64,000 nt of DNA from Lingula anatina. Lineage: Eukaryota > Animalia > Brachiopoda. Shown in pieces: positions 63,942 to 64,000 of this stretch. A program made the position numbers and the translations under genes. The stretch's first letter is position 1; every line of letters begins with the position of its first letter. Under the pieces are notes generated by a model. It was not told where the DNA came from. It did no database searches and saw only the letters and a list, made by a program, of their open reading frames with translations. The stretch spans positions 49,950,788 to 50,014,787 of the forward strand of contig CM120640.1 in assembly GCA_051362555.1 (NCBI GenBank), given 5' to 3'.

Positions 63942-64000
63942 ATGGCAACTCTTGGTGCCCAACTTTCACCCCCAGAAAAGTTACCTCGGATCCGCAGGGA
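63942..64000 (+). CDS. Possible start of a further gene running off the window
   Basis: Strong acceptor TTTTTCTTTCTTTTCAG at 63851, then ACCATGG and an open frame MATLGAQLSPQKSYLGSAG; too short to identify. Confidence 0.25.
   Translation, partial: MATLGAQLSPPEKLPRIRR

Overview
AT-rich, intron-containing animal DNA; the gene and repeat content suggests a lophotrochozoan invertebrate (inference, not determined). Five multi-exon genes were reconstructed by hand with phase-consistent GT-AG junctions. (1) A cytosolic sulfotransferase (+, ~5.75-8.87 kb). (2) A 30-exon, ~2680-aa PKD1-like (polycystin-1 family) receptor (-, 11.6-28.1 kb) with six kringle domains, a Ser/Thr stalk and a cysteine-free GPS preceded by an RVKR furin site. 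(3) An 11-exon LRR protein with an N-terminal BC-box-like motif (+, 32.2-37.5 kb). (4) A 17-finger C2H2/AT-hook gene (-) whose first coding exon is split by a full-length BEL/Pao LTR retrotransposon with apparently identical 760-bp LTRs and a GATAG target-site duplication (TSD). (5) A divergent SLC18/VMAT-like MFS transporter (+, 54.7-60.7 kb). Also present are a rearranged Gypsy-derived element bounded by two outward-facing LTR ends with a 4-bp TSD, LINE fragments, several MITE families (one inserted at the sulfotransferase stop codon) and micro/minisatellites. All coordinates were read by eye and no database search was run.
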